Shown in pieces: positions 50,901-64,000 of a stretch of 64,000 bases of DNA. The position numbers were made by a program, and so were the translations under genes. Numbering within the stretch: position 1 is the stretch's first letter; every line of letters begins with the position of its first letter. This stretch comes from Amphiscolops sp. MND2022 (lineage: Eukaryota), in assembly GCA_964187785.1 (NCBI GenBank), contig OZ076409.1:22446001-22510000 (forward strand), written 5' to 3'. The notes below the pieces were generated by a model, which was given only the letters and a program-made list of their open reading frames with translations, had not been told where the DNA came from and did no database searches.

Positions 50901-51894
50901 TGTCAGGAGCAACATGCCAAGCTCAATTTTAAAAAAACAATGAATTGTATTTTGAATATGCGAAGTCACACACAAAGGTCTCATAGTGCCAAAAAAACAA
51001 AATTTTTGTGAGATCCCAAAACATTTTCACCGTGTCGAGATGTCTATAAAAACCAAAGAAAAAACTTGACGAAAAGGATATTTTCACTCGAAAAAGTTGC
51101 ACAGTGCCGAAGAACGGCATGTTTTTTCCACAGATTTTGAGAAACTCTAACTGGTCTCACAGATCCTTAACGTAACCAAAGATGTCCTTCTCAAGACTTG
51201 GAAAACATTTTTCTTGACAGATAATATAGGAAAAAAATGATTTATTGAAAAGACGTCTTCGATGAGTCGCATAGTTCTAAAAACGGTACTATCCCCAATG
51301 CTCGAAAAAGGCCATTCTGCTGCTAAAAATGAAGACAAGTTTTACAAGAAAAAATCAGCAAAAAGTCCAATAAAACCAAAACGAAACCGAAAAAAGACAC
51401 TTTAGTTTTTCGTCTTTTTCACAAGCAATGAAGGTTTTGTTTAGCCCGGTACTCTAACTACTCTGCTTCTTAAGCTCTATGACTCGGCCTGGAAATCCGC
51501 GTTAACTCCTAGGCAAGTTGGCAAAGGAATTGATATTATGTCATAGAACAAGTTAGCTAGTCAAAAGCGCACATTTCACGCTGACTGATGAGAAGAACAT
51601 TTGCCGTTGTAAAGGACTGTTTTTTAAAGCTCTGTTCAAAAATGGTAAGAGGCATAGTGTCATGCCGAATACCACAAAGAAATTTCACGACGACAAATGC
51701 CGGTCGTCAAGAACTTTATTCTTTTCCGCCCATATTTCATATGGGAAAGGAAAATATTTAAATCGAACGGGTTTTTTTTTACAAAATTTGCCAAGAATTT
51801 ATTTATATCAAAGCTAAAGGGTTTCACCCATAGAATTCAGCTCACATAAATTTAGCTTCGTGCGAATTGTATTTGTGGAGATTTCCGGACTTTT

Positions 51895-53200
51895 TTAGTT
51901 GACCCCAAGGACCCCAGAATGACCCCAAAAATAACTTAAAAATGACCCCAAAAAAATTGCATTTTTTTACGTTTTAATGCAATTTTTGTCGAGTTTCCGA
52001 TAAATGTCGTGGATTAGAATGTTGAAAAGATTCACAAAGACAAAAACTCGTTGTCCAGTAGTCGTTTATGAAGAGATAAATGCGGTTTTTTGGAAAGAAA
52101 AAGACCCAAAAATGACAAAGAAAACCAAAAATTTCCAGATTTTTAACGTTTTTAAGCAGTTTTTGTCAAATTTTCGATAGAATTCGTGGACTAGAATGTT
52201 GAAAACGATCAACATGGTACAAGGTTTGTTGTCCAGTAGGCGTTTCCGAAAAGATAATGGCTGTTTTTTCACTGAAAAAAGTCTCAAATTGACACCGAAA
52301 ATGACAAAAGTCCCTAAATTTTCCATTTTTCAAAGTTTCTACGCATTTCTCGTCAAATTTTGGAGACTTCGTGGATTGGAATGTTTTAAGGGGTCAACAA
52401 GGAAAACGTTGGTTGTCCAGTGACCATTTTAAAGAGTTTATTGCATTTTTCCAAACGAAAATGTCTCAAATTGACACCGAAATTGACAAAAAACACAAAA
52501 TTTTCCAACTTTCAAAGTAAAATTTTATGCCTTTTCTGTTAAAGTTTCACAGACTTCGTGGATTGGAATGTTTTGAAGGGTCAACAATGAAAAAATTGGT
52601 ACCTCCCGTAGTCTTTAATGAAGAAAATTGCAATATTCTGATTGAACAGGTCTCAAATTGACACCGAAATTGACAAAAAACACAAAATTTTCCAACTTTC
52701 AAAGTAAAGTTTTATGCATTTTTTGTTAAGGTTTCACCGACTTCGTGGATTGGAATGTTTTGAAGGGTCAACAATAAAAAAAATTGGTACGTCCCGTAGT
52801 CTTTAATGAAGTCATAATTGCAATATTTTGATTGAAAATGTCTCAAATTGACACCGAAAATGACAAAAATCCCAAAAATTTCCAATTTTCAAAGATTTCA
52901 TGCATTTTTTCCAAATTTTTACAGACTTCGCCAATTGGAACAATGAAAAGGGTCAACAAGGAAAAAAAGTGTTGTCTTGTATGCTTAGAAAAGAGATAAA
53001 TACAGTTTTTCAATAGGAAATTGTCCGGAATCGAGATCGAAAAAGACAAAATTTCGAAAAATTATCAAAGTCCTTTTTTCCACTTTTTGTCAAAATATCG
53101 ATAGACTTCGTGGACTACAGTGTTTAAACGCTTAAGGCGTGGGCAAACTTGTTGTTTCGGTGAGCCTTGGACAACTGAATATTTTGGAAAAACTGAAAAT
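51895..53200. repeat. Tandem array with ~180-190-bp unit
   Basis: tctcaaattgacaccgaaa at ~52282, 52464, 52650 and 52841. gacttcgtggattggaatgtttt recurs at the same period. Confidence 0.85.
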
Positions 53201-55238
53201 TTTCAAGTTTTTTTCACAATTTCAGGCAGTTTTTTGTTATTTTTTTGACCTACTTCCTTGCATAAAATGGTTTTAAACACTCAACACTAACTAATCCGGG
53301 TATCTCCAGTAGGCAATTTTCCTGAGATAACTGCATTTTTTGTTGGAATTGGTCTCAAAAACACCCAAAAATCCATGAAACAACAAAAAAGCACAATGTT
53401 TGACAAACTAATCCCATTTTTGTTCAAGCCAGAATTTGTTCAAGAGAAATTTCAATGACCTCAGCGTTTAAACAATAGAGTACTCAAAACGCAATTGTTG
53501 GAAAAATGGGCATGAAGTTCACCGAGTTTACAGCAAAGATGTCAAAGTTTCCGAACTTTCTTTATTTTCGACAATATAGTCCCAATTTTGGACACTTTCC
53601 TAAAACTTACTTCAATCAGAAATATCATAGGCTCAGGATTGAAACGTCTAGCTACCGGTAGTGTTCCGAAAAGATATCAGACAAGTTCATTTGCACAACT
53701 TTCAAATATTTTACTTGAAAACGTAAATTTCAACCTCACTTGGCCAATATTTGTTATTCAAAAACCTCCAAGCAAATTCACTAGATATGGAGTACATCTT
53801 CCTAAGAAAGATGTTTCGAGCTACTCGTGGTTTAGAATGGCGTAAACATTCAACAACAGCTAAACTCGGTGTCCAGTGGCTTATTTTTGAAGAGACATCT
53901 GTAGATTCATGTTCGAAAAGTTCCTCAAATTGACCCTAAAGTTGTCAAAACTATTTGCAATTTTTGACACTTCTGGTGAAACAATTTACAATAATATAAC
54001 AAACCGGGTTCGCCCAACTTTCCTAAATTTGAAACAGACCTAATTTCAAGCTTTTACCATTTTCCCTTTTACCATTTATGGCGAAACGAGTTTCAGCTCG
54101 CGAAACTGCTTTTCTCAAGCCGAAATGTGCTATGAAAGCAAGGGGTACATTTTGACCAAATGAAAGTTTCGGAAAGAGGTACAGAGTCGAAAAAAACTTG
54201 AATGAGGTATTTCCCACAATCAAGAAGAAAACTCATCAGTTCCACGTGATCAAAAGTAACAAAGAGGTCACCCTCAAGACTCGGGAAACTTGTTTCCTTT
54301 ACAGAAAAACTCGAAAACTAAAAATTTTGAAAATTGTTTCTAAAAAAATATTTTCAAAAAATTTTATTGAAAACTTTCTTTTTTCTCGGTAAGTCGCATA
54401 GTGCCGAAAAAACGAAAAGTGGCCAGCTCTCTGAAATGATAAATTAGGGGTTTCCTTTAAAATGGGGTACGATGAATCAAAGTTTTCTTTTCTTCGAACT
54501 TATTGGCATTTTTATAGTGCATTGGCTTATTCTTGAGCCTCAAACTTATGTAGTTGTAGAACAGTTCGGGGCGGAAAATATTCCGCTGCTCAGCGGGCGT
54601 CTTGTTTTCAATTCCATGTAAACCAGCTGTTTATGATTTATACTAAGGAAAGAACGACTGGCCTATCCAAAAGTCTTGTAACCATAGTTACTACTAGAAT
54701 CATTACTCGTTAATTAGTACGTGCTATGAAATTGAAAGACCAATGATATACATCAGTGCGGTAACAAGTGCGAAAGTGCATCATTCCTGTATCTGGCCAA
54801 ATTCTCCAGACCTAGTTTAGATACCGGATTGATTATTTTCCGTAGAAACGTCCACAAACGTTCGGATTCAATTTCACTTTTAAAAAAATCCCGAAACGTA
54901 ACGTCTACTGGATTGTTTCGGTGAAACATTTTTGAAAATCTTTGCACTTTTGACACTTTATTGCATCATTCCTGATATATTCATGTTTCTGACTGTCTAC
55001 GAGCTTGTTTTTGATAGCTTGCTCCAAAGAATCTGTAGTCAAGCCTCAGAACTGTGTTCTATTGATGATTCTTTCCACAACATTGGTTTTTGACTGAAAA
55101 TTTAAAAAAATTGACAAGAATAATTTCTGATACGATTTGGTTTTTCAAGGAATTTCGTCTTTTCCTAGACCTGTTCTGGTAGTGTAGTCTGCTGCTGCCC
55201 ATGTTTGGGTTCAGGTTTGTTGTCAAAGGTAGCGACAA

Positions 55239-56125
55239 CCCAGGTTTTCAATCTTTGCGAATCTGTAAATCTGCAGGATTTTTTCTGCAGGGTTCTGCAA
55301 AGATCGTTGCACTGAATCTTGAAGATCCATACAGATCTGCAAGATCTTTACAGAAGTGTGCAGATCTGCAAGATCTTTACAGAAGTGGGCAGATTTTCTT
55401 TGAAGATTTTTGCAGAAATGTTCTTCTGCAGCTTCTAAGGAACCAATGACTGCATTTTTGGACTTCTTTAACTACTTTATCAACTACTTTAGCTGACCCA
55501 GGCTCAGTCAGTTGATACTCTCGATCACTCAAAATTCTCGAGAAGAAAAATTTGTCCCCATCACGGTAGTTATGGTGACTGGAGAATGAGAGTATTGGTT
55601 ATACGCCGTAATTTATCCATTTCACTTGAACTTTCCAGATGTGGTTGTTGAACTTTGAGAAGCTCGTTTGCCTCATTGACTTCGTTTTGACGGATGAAAT
55701 TTGACATGTGGCAACCTTCTGGGTTGGTAGATGTGTTGATAAAGTGTTGTTGTTGTAATATTTCGGGAACATGGTTTGTTGGAGTAATTTTAATAATTTC
55801 TGGTAACTCGGAATACGTTATAGTAATTTACTGGTCATTGTTTGGACCTGTAAAGATCTGCAAAACTATACAGATCTGTACAGATTGCTGCAGAAAAATG
55901 TTTCATCATTTTGACATAAATGAGACTTCTCTCGAGTTTTAAACATTTTTATTATTCGTTTGACATTGCTGTTTAGTTTTTACTGTGTTTCTGATAAGGT
56001 CATTTTTCTTCGAATCTGCACATATCTGTAAAGATCTGCAAAAATCCTGCAGATCTGCACATAACTGCAAAGATCTGCAAAAATCCTGCAGATCTGCACA
56101 GATTCGCAAAGATCGAAAACCTGGG
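55239..56125. mobile_element. Non-autonomous TIR element (MITE), CACTA/EnSpm-like ends
   Basis: TIRs cccaggttttcaatctttgcgaatctgt / acagattcgcaaagatcgaaaacctggg. 2-bp TSD aa. Subterminal (tgc)agatctgca repeats. Confidence 0.85.
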
Positions 56126-56784
56126 AACATAGAAACTAAGAACTTTTTGTCGGAGTTTTTCAAGTCTTACCTCTTGATCATCCTTGATTGAACGTTTTTG
56201 GTTCTCTATTCCAAGCGGTTACTCCGCACGATCCAGGCGTTTTTTTTGCCCCAAAGCGTCCAGCAAAGGTCTGACTACTTAGCTTTTATGCTGAAACTTT
56301 TTTCCAAAAACATTTATAAAAATTTTTCTATTATACTGCAATTTTAAATGACCACTTCAGCCTTTCCTGTTGTATATTGTAGAAAATCAACAATCCGGGC
56401 AAACTACAAAGTTTTCAATTCCCAGCAAATTTGCTATTACATGAACCAATCAGCCGGAATTTTTTTCTGGATTATTTAGAAACTTTTACTTTCCTTAGCA
56501 AGGTTCAAATAATTAAGCCTTTCTGTCCCAGAATACGGAAACCTTTTTGAAAACCTGAACTTTAGTGGGATTCGAACTTATGAGTTTCTGCTTTGGAAGC
56601 CGCATTGATGCAACTACCAATTCAACTGAATGGCCACAGGCAAAGATTTCAAGACATGTTCGGTAAACCAATAAGTTGGTTGTTCTCACATCAGCGTTTG
56701 GTCTGTAGCTTTGTCAGTTTAATATTCTTTCAGTCATAGAATCAAAGGTCCATTTTACACTGAATTTAACAGGAACTGTCAGTC

Positions 56785-57388
56785 ATGGAAGAAACTCAAA
56801 AAGAGAACAATTTCGATCTTAATTCCAGTTTGGGCACAATAAGGGGGTATGTTGTGGAAACTCCTAACGGCTCCAAAGTTGCCAAGTTTCTTGGGATCCC
56901 CTACGCTCAACAACCGGTGGACAAACTCCGTTTCAAACCTCTGCAGCCCTTGATTCTTCCCCTTGGAACTCTCGAAACACCTTTCCAGGCTCTCAATGTT
57001 GGGAAATCCAGCATGCAAACTGTCGACAATCCCTTTGCAACCACGTTACCCACGGGTGAAGATTGTATTCATCTCAATATCTTCGCCCCACTTGAAAACA
57101 TCGCGACTCCTGACAAGGTCGTCTTTTTCCACATACATGGAGGTGGATTTTTCCAAGGTAGCGGTAATGAGCCGATTTATGACATGGTCAGTTTTGTGGA
57201 ACGTCATAATTGTGTAGCCGTGAGCATCAATTACAGGCTAGGGATACTTGGTTTTCTGAGCATGCCACCACTGATTGAGGAAAATTTGGGGCTCAAAGAC
57301 CAGCAAGTGGCTCTGCAATGGGTTCACGAGCATATAAGGAGCTTTGGCGGTGATCCCAACAAAATTACTCTGTATGGTAATTCAGCAG
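56785..57388 (+). CDS. Carboxylesterase copy 2, coding exon 1
   Basis: Same 604-nt length as copy 1, ~90% aa identity by hand count, GNSAG elbow, GT donor at 57389. Confidence 0.95.
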
Positions 57389-57829
57389 GTTAGGTTTTGC
57401 ACTGCTATCTGATGAATCATGCAAAATAGGGTAATAAATCATGCAGATAAGTTTACGAAGTTTCGAGAAACATCTAAATTCCATCCACTACGTTTTTCAT
57501 AGCCCAACTGCGTTAATGTTTCAAATTGTATGTATATTTCTCGTTGTTAGCTGGATGTTTTCTTGCTTATTCGTCTTCACAACAGCAGAAAAAGAGTTTT
57601 CATCTTCAGTTTCAGTTTTTGTTGGCCCAAAGAATTAGAAATTGCAACCATGTAACGTAGAAAGTTCTCATATTGATCCTGTAATACACTTCTGATTTAT
57701 AAAACTCGTATCTAAAGGCATCAAAAAGCAACAGGATTTTTCACTAAGCTTTGATTTTGCTGACCTAGGCTGCATGGTTCTTGTACAACTCTTGTACCTG
57801 GAATTCTTTCTATATTTTTGAAACTTTAG

Positions 57830-58244
57830 GCAGCGCTAGTTGTCATTACCATTGCTTGAACAAAAACAGTATTTGTTTATTTGATCGAGCCATTTTGTCA
57901 AGCGGAGCAATCAATCCGAAATGGGGATACGCGACTGAAAAAGACCAAAAAAGGAGAATCGCCTTTATCCTTAAACGGCTTGGCTGCCCAGAGACTAACA
58001 ACCAAGATGACATTTTCAACTTCCTTTTGACTTTGGATTCGTCAAAGTTCGAAAATTTGGGTTTGCGTATGGAACAGACCATGAAGGTGATACCATTACC
58101 AGTGACGTCATTCATGGAAACCCCCAACTCGTTGGTACCCTTGAAGAAGAAACCGATTCTGATTGGCTTAACGAGAGAGGAAGGACTTTTATTCCTTCAG
58201 TTTTTTCATCCGTCTAAATCAAATGAAAGCACAGCGCTAACCAA
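57830..58244 (+). CDS. Carboxylesterase copy 2, coding exon 2
   Basis: Same 415-nt length and splice sites as 4664-5078; IGLTREEG. The last exon is expected just past the window end because 63290-64000 aligns with intron 6990-7590. Confidence 0.9.
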
Positions 58245-58769
58245 GTTAGTACATTTTAACCCTATATAGACCAGGAAAGTTTCGAAGCCATCCGAAAATC
58301 TGGTTCTTTAACTCTAAACTGCAAAATCTCCAGAACTATTCGAGTCCGATAAACGATTTATTTTCGTTTGTGGCTTAGGCACACTGGCTCCGGACTTTAC
58401 GCCAAAAATCTGCACGCCGCGTGTCTGTGGTTGCAATTCACAGCATGCTAGGTTTCACAACATGCTAGGGCACACACAAGCAAAAGACTTATGAAACAAA
58501 AAGAGCATTTATGTGCGTCATGTAAAAACACATTCATGCACACTTTTCGTTGCAAATGACGCAATTTTGCATGAGTGACGGGTGTCTTCACAGGTTGACC
58601 GACATATTTAGGAATGATGAACCATACTCTGTCATGATAAAACATGATGATGTCTATGATCATAGTATGATTGAACATGCTCGAAATTTTCCTGAAATTC
58701 GATTACCACCTAGCGGTTAGTATTGGAAATCTGCGCGCATACTTGAATCATTCAATCAATGTTCTTTTA

Positions 58770-61700
58770 TATTAATGGTTCTGAATGGAATTTCATTTGA
58801 AATTGATGAGTCATTGGTTCAAATAATTGAGTTTAAATAATAGTTCAAAATTGTTAAAGATCATGCATGTATCTTGAATGACTATTTTCCTCCCGCATTT
58901 AGTAAATACTTTCACAGGTGTTTTTAATTTTCCCGCATCCTGTGTGTTTTAATTGTTAAACACAAGCTCTTTGAAAATATTAAATTATCCTTTTCTAAAA
59001 CTTTTTTTGGCCGATGCAGCGGCTTTGTCCGCTGTTAAAAGATAGTGGCTATCGGTGAGACATATTTGGGTCCGCCATGGAACCGTACCTTCGAGCTTTG
59101 GAATTTCGAAAAAAAGAAATCTTGGAACTTTGTACCACAAGTTGTCCTTACAAAAGTAACACTTCGGTTGTCAAGTACCTAATTATCAAGTAACTAACCT
59201 GCAAACCCGTCAACCTGTTAGTCTCAGCTTCATCCAGGATTGATCGTCATTCTCCGGTTAGCTCTTTCCATTTTACAACTTGAAGGCATTTTGTTCCTTT
59301 GTCGAACAAAAATTGGATTCCCTGATAGTTTCTGATCGACCTTCAGCTTACCCCTAGCAAAACATACATAACTTCACTCATGATAAATGTTGTCGGTTCA
59401 CTGGAACGAGCTTTACAAAACATGCATTTTGATGACCGAAAGCCGCTTCAAACCTATATCACAGCCATTCCGTCCTTGAGTTTGAACCCCTATGCTCAGA
59501 GTGATACGATCAAATTGTCGTTTCTACTGGATCATCGTAGCCTTAAAAAGACGATACAATTAGGTATTTGGCATGATATTCTGAACAAGTCCTTGACTCC
59601 CCATAAATCGAATACCAATCCAGCTCTTACCCCAAAAGAATGAGCAACTGAATTGCTGAGACATAAATCACGTATATCAGCCTTGGTCTATTGTGAACGT
59701 ATTGATGCATTTGATGATCTTCGTGATCAAGATTTCACTTTCATTCGAGTCACAGAAAATCGTTCTCGTAAAAGTCAGAATGATATTCCTCTTTTGAAAA
59801 TTCCCGAATTCATCAAGTAGCAAGTATTGAATTCAAGTCTTTGTTCGTTGTTTTGGTACATCGTAGTGCTTCCACACAGCCAGCCGCTGATGATAGGAAA
59901 CTTACCCGCATCAGAATTCGTCACTGGGGTGCTCTTACTAGGTTGGAACAGAAAGTTGATGAATTTACGGTCACTGTTGTTGACTCTTCATCTAAATTGT
60001 TTCAAGGTGAAGCTTTGCTCAAGACATTACAAGATACAACTTCAATGATTCGTGAACTCGATGTGGAAATTGAATTATTGTAGAAGATGTAGATGATTTA
60101 ACCGATGAACGGTAACACCAAACGGAGTTCGATGTTTCTGCTAGTGTTACCATCGCTAAGTTGTCTGCATTGATTGACAACTGGAAAAAGAACTTGATAG
60201 ACTTCCGCATGAACTTTCAATAAACCCTTCTTCATCGAGTTCTGCTAAATTGAGTAGAATGAAGCTCCCTAAACTTCAAATACCAACTTCGCTGGGTCAT
60301 ACACTAACTGGATGTGTTTTGGACCAGTTCAAGGCCTCCTTCGATTCTAATTCCCAAATCTCCAGTTCAGAAGGCTAAACTGTTTGAAAGCATGTGTTAA
60401 GGGTGATTGCTTGGTTCAATATCAATAATTGACGCAAACCACAACTTTGTTTTGACAATATTGAAAGATCGATATGAAAAAAGGATCACCATTCAAACTC
60501 ATTTGCAAGCAATTTGGTCGCAGCCAGGTTCAAAAACCGAATCCACTCTTGGATTGAGAAAACGTTTGGAACTTACCGAAGAGCATTTACGAACACTTGT
60601 TGAACTGGTCAACCAGTAGAGCATTGGAAAGCTATCTTAGTTTTTGTGCTCACAAACTGGACCCAGAGTCACGCAAGCAGTGGCAGCTGGATTATGCCGG
60701 CAAAGATGTTTTGTCGTGGGAATTATTGTCAAAATTCCTTGACACAAGAAGCCGCGCACTCAAATTGAGTGGCACACAGGTCATATCGCAAACAAGTGTG
60801 ACACCTCCCTGCAACCAAGGGAACCAAAATCTAAGCAGAAGTGTTCAGAATATTTCTGTTCAAGGCTCATCGTGTGAACCTTGCCAGGAGGACCATCGCC
60901 TTCACGCTTTTTCACAGTTAAAAGCAGTTTGTCTTGCTGAAAGACATAAATTGGTTAAAGGAAAAAAACTCTATTTTGACTGCTTCCAATCAGGACAATC
61001 GTCTAGTTCGTGTCCATCTACGTTCACTTGCCGAGAGTGCAAATGAAACGCCACACCCTGCATCATCTACCTCAGAACGAGCTCCCTGATCGACACACCA
61101 TTAACAAGACCTATTCAAGTAAGAATTCAACTTCCATCGAAATGGAATCTACAAAGCAATTCACCAACGGCCACTTTAGTGCTGACAATGAAAAGAAAAC
61201 TTTTTTTCTTTTTCTACATCTCTTGTAACGATTCGAAATTCATCGGGAGACGCAATCAAGCTACGCGCTCTCTAAGATTTTTATCCACAAGGAAGTTTCA
61301 TAACCGAAGATGTTGCAAAGACTCTCATGCTGCCAACTCAGCGCAGCCAAATAGATGTTTCAACCATGGTTTCTTCCCACTTTCAAAAGACTCGAGGTTT
61401 ATTGCCAGTGAAGTTGAATGACACTATCGTAGTTATTGTCCATTTCATACCAAAAGTCTCAAACGTCGTTCCTGATAAAATATCGACGATTCAACTATGC
61501 GCCAAGTTAACAACCTTAACTTAGGTGACCCTACTTTCTACGTTCCTAATGGAAAGTTGATCTTTTGCTTGGTGCAGATGCTTGAAAACAAAATAAAGGA
61601 TAACGGCTTGTGCATTCGGAATCCCATGTTCGGTTGGGTTTTGTCTGGTCCTGTGTTCTCGTCTGGATGTAACAATGTTGTGTCCCACATGACTACAACT

Positions 61701-63026
61701 CTAGATTGTGACTCTGAAAAAACTTCTTTTGAAATTTTGGAAAATACAAAAGTCCTTGAAAATAAGCACTTAACTTTGGATGAGCGTCATTGTGAAGAGC
61801 ATTTCGATAGTACTACAAGACGCAATGAGGATGGCCGTTTTGTAGTACAAAGGCCATTTAAAGAAAGATGGTCCCACTGTTTAGGTCTTTCGAAAGTGAA
61901 CGCAATGAGGCGTTTCATTCGTCCTGAATACACAATACACTTTGCGCAACAATGTTGATATTTTTCGAAAGTATCGAGCTTTCGTTCAAAAATATATTGA
62001 AGTTGGACTCTTGGAGAAGGTTCAATACGGGGAGATTAGTAATTCTCCAAACTTCTACTTGTCTCATCATTGCGTGCAGAAAGAAGATATTACAACCACC
62101 AAGTTTCGTGTTGTATTTGACGCTAGTGCTGAAACGACAACTGAATTTTCACTTAATGATCGTTTGCTAGTTGGTCCCAAACTTCAAGATGATTTGTTCA
62201 ATACTATTATACGATTTCATTGCTTTATCAAAAAACGTATCAGCAAGTTGAGCTGAATAAAGCCGATCGAGATTTTCATCGGAATTTTTGGAGATTTACA
62301 GCTGATGGTCCTGAAGAAAATCTTCCAGAAGAAGTACCCATTGACGTGCAAAAAGCTATATTGAGATATTTTTGTGTTGATGACTTTCTCACTGGAGCCA
62401 ATTCAATCAATAAAGCTCGAATACTCCAAAAGCAACTAGTGAAAACTCAAACGAGGAATCGATTTCCGCAATTGGACTTCAAACGAATCAAGCGTTATTC
62501 TCGACTTTCCGCCAGTGTACCGCGAAGCAAATGACAAGTTTTGAAGTTTTAGACGAACACCATACAAAAAAAACAAAGAATTGCCTCGTTTTCAAGGATT
62601 CCCACATCAAAAAAGATAACTTTGACGAAATGGTTTTGACCAAAAGACAAATTCTCAGCGACATTTCAAAGAATTCTGACCCATTGGACAGACGCTCTAG
62701 TTAATTCCTTCCCTGCGAAATGCGAAATCAAGGCAGGCGGTGTTATGTTCTGACTGGAATTTCATTTGAAATTGATGAGTCATTGCTTCGAATGAATGAG
62801 TTCATATATTAATTCAAAATTGTAAAAGATCATACACGTACCTTAGATGAATCTTTCCTCCCCGATTTTTGTTAATACTTTCACATGTGTTTTTAATTTT
62901 CCCGCATCCTGTGTTTTAATTGTTAAGCACAAGCTCTTCGAAAATAATAATTTTTCCTTTTCAATGCTTTTTTGGCCGATGCAGCGACTGGTCCACTGTT
63001 AAAAAATTGTGGCTATCGGTGAGACA
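58770..63026 (+). mobile_element. Decayed, internally deleted Bel/Pao LTR retrotransposon in intron of esterase copy 2
   Basis: LTRs ~58770-59062 and 62741-63026 (both end ggtgagaca). PPT-like aaggcaggcgg. Gag KLPKLQIP, HKLDPESRKQW and Cys/His knuckles. RT motifs YLSHHCV...KFRVVFDASA...SLNDRLLVGPKLQDDL and VDDFLTG. No integrase; TSD not resolved. Confidence 0.9.
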
Positions 63027-63289
63027 CCGTTGTTTCTCTTCTGTTATATGGGTTACATTAATGGCCCGGGTAGCATTAAGGACGCTTCTTGGCACCGCGT
63101 TTTCCAAAATCGCTAGATGGGTAAGGTTTTCGATTTTGAGCTTTTTGGTAATTTTTCAATCCAAAAATGAATATTATGGACTAATTATATTCATAATTCA
63201 TCGGTTCTAGTGTATCTAAATATACAAATTTTTTTACACCAATGCAATTTCTTGATTCGGATAATCATTCTTTCCCGTCAAACCAACTT

Positions 63290-64000
63290 GTTCAATAAGA
63301 TTCATAACATTCTAATGTTGGGTACACAGTTGGGTACAAATTGAGAGATTTTTGGACGTGGAACTACAAATTTCAGTTGAACAATTCTCTATTTTAGGTG
63401 TGTTCAAGATCATCAGTAATACACAATATTTGATGCGTATGCATTTTCATTCATGATCATCAAGGACCCATGAACCAAGGATGGAAAGCCATTGCATGTA
63501 AACCTGGGGGATTGCATGTAAACCTGGGGGATTTTATATATGAAGATACAATAGTTAGTATCAATTCCCCAACTGGTTCTGAAAATAAATGATACATTTT
63601 AACACAGTTGGAAACGTACAATGAAAGCTTGTTCTTCTTTTGTTATATCCGTTAAATCGGAAACCGGTTTTTTAATATAATTCGTTTAAAGAAAATAAAT
63701 TTTCTACATTGACTTGATTCGACTCGCTACGACAAAACAAGAAAGATTTCGGATACAGCATCGAAATTTCGAATATTTTTGATCCTTGATTTTCAATGTG
63801 GAACGTTGACTTCAATTTGGAAATTTCATTTCGGAAAAAAATTCGAACTCGCACTCCTGCTTCCAAACGTTGCACCCTAACCACTTATCCAAAGAGCCCT
63901 GGAAATTTGAAAACTTTTGGTTCGTGCGGAATTTGTGCCAACTACGTCATGATTTAAAACTTCGCACCCTAACCTCTTAGGCGAACTTGCAAATGCTTTC
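63290..64000 (+). repeat. Intronic sequence paralogous to 6990-7590
   Basis: Shared ttgggtaca, gacgtggaactac, catgtaaacctgg, agttagtatcaattcc, tgattcgactcg. Confidence 0.85.

Noticed and set aside
55939..56191. Repetitive ORFs (CRSLQICADL...)
   Set aside because: These are translations of MITE subterminal repeats.
3040..63125. A 60-kb composite transposon bounded by the two inverted termini
   Set aside because: The element bodies extend outward (left of 3098, right of 63053), so they do not bracket the interval. They are two separate family members.

Overview
Eukaryotic (animal-like, AT-rich, intron-containing) repeat-dense DNA, not prokaryotic. The only host genes seen are two tandem paralogous type-B carboxylesterase/cholinesterase-fold genes on the + strand: copy 1 at 3627-8275, and copy 2 starting at 56785 with its last exon beyond the window end. 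About 48 kb of mobile DNA lies between them. A decayed Ty3/Gypsy element (B, 10624-31491, minus strand) has a second, internally deleted Gypsy element (A, 11138-21523) inserted in its 3' LTR, and A contains a ~2.9-kb tandem duplication. A third Gypsy-related fragment (C, 32949-38811) carries accessory ORFs, including an antisense BED-finger-like ORF. There are also three Bel/Pao pieces, MITEs and minisatellites. The most unusual region is 38812-47297. It is a repeat unit with 22-bp-periodic palindromic subterminal repeats, a decayed SETD8/PR-Set7-like SET-domain ORF, and a divergent Tudor/Agenet-like ORF; ~3 kb of it is duplicated as a large inverted repeat. All calls are by eye from the sequence and ORF track; no searches were run.
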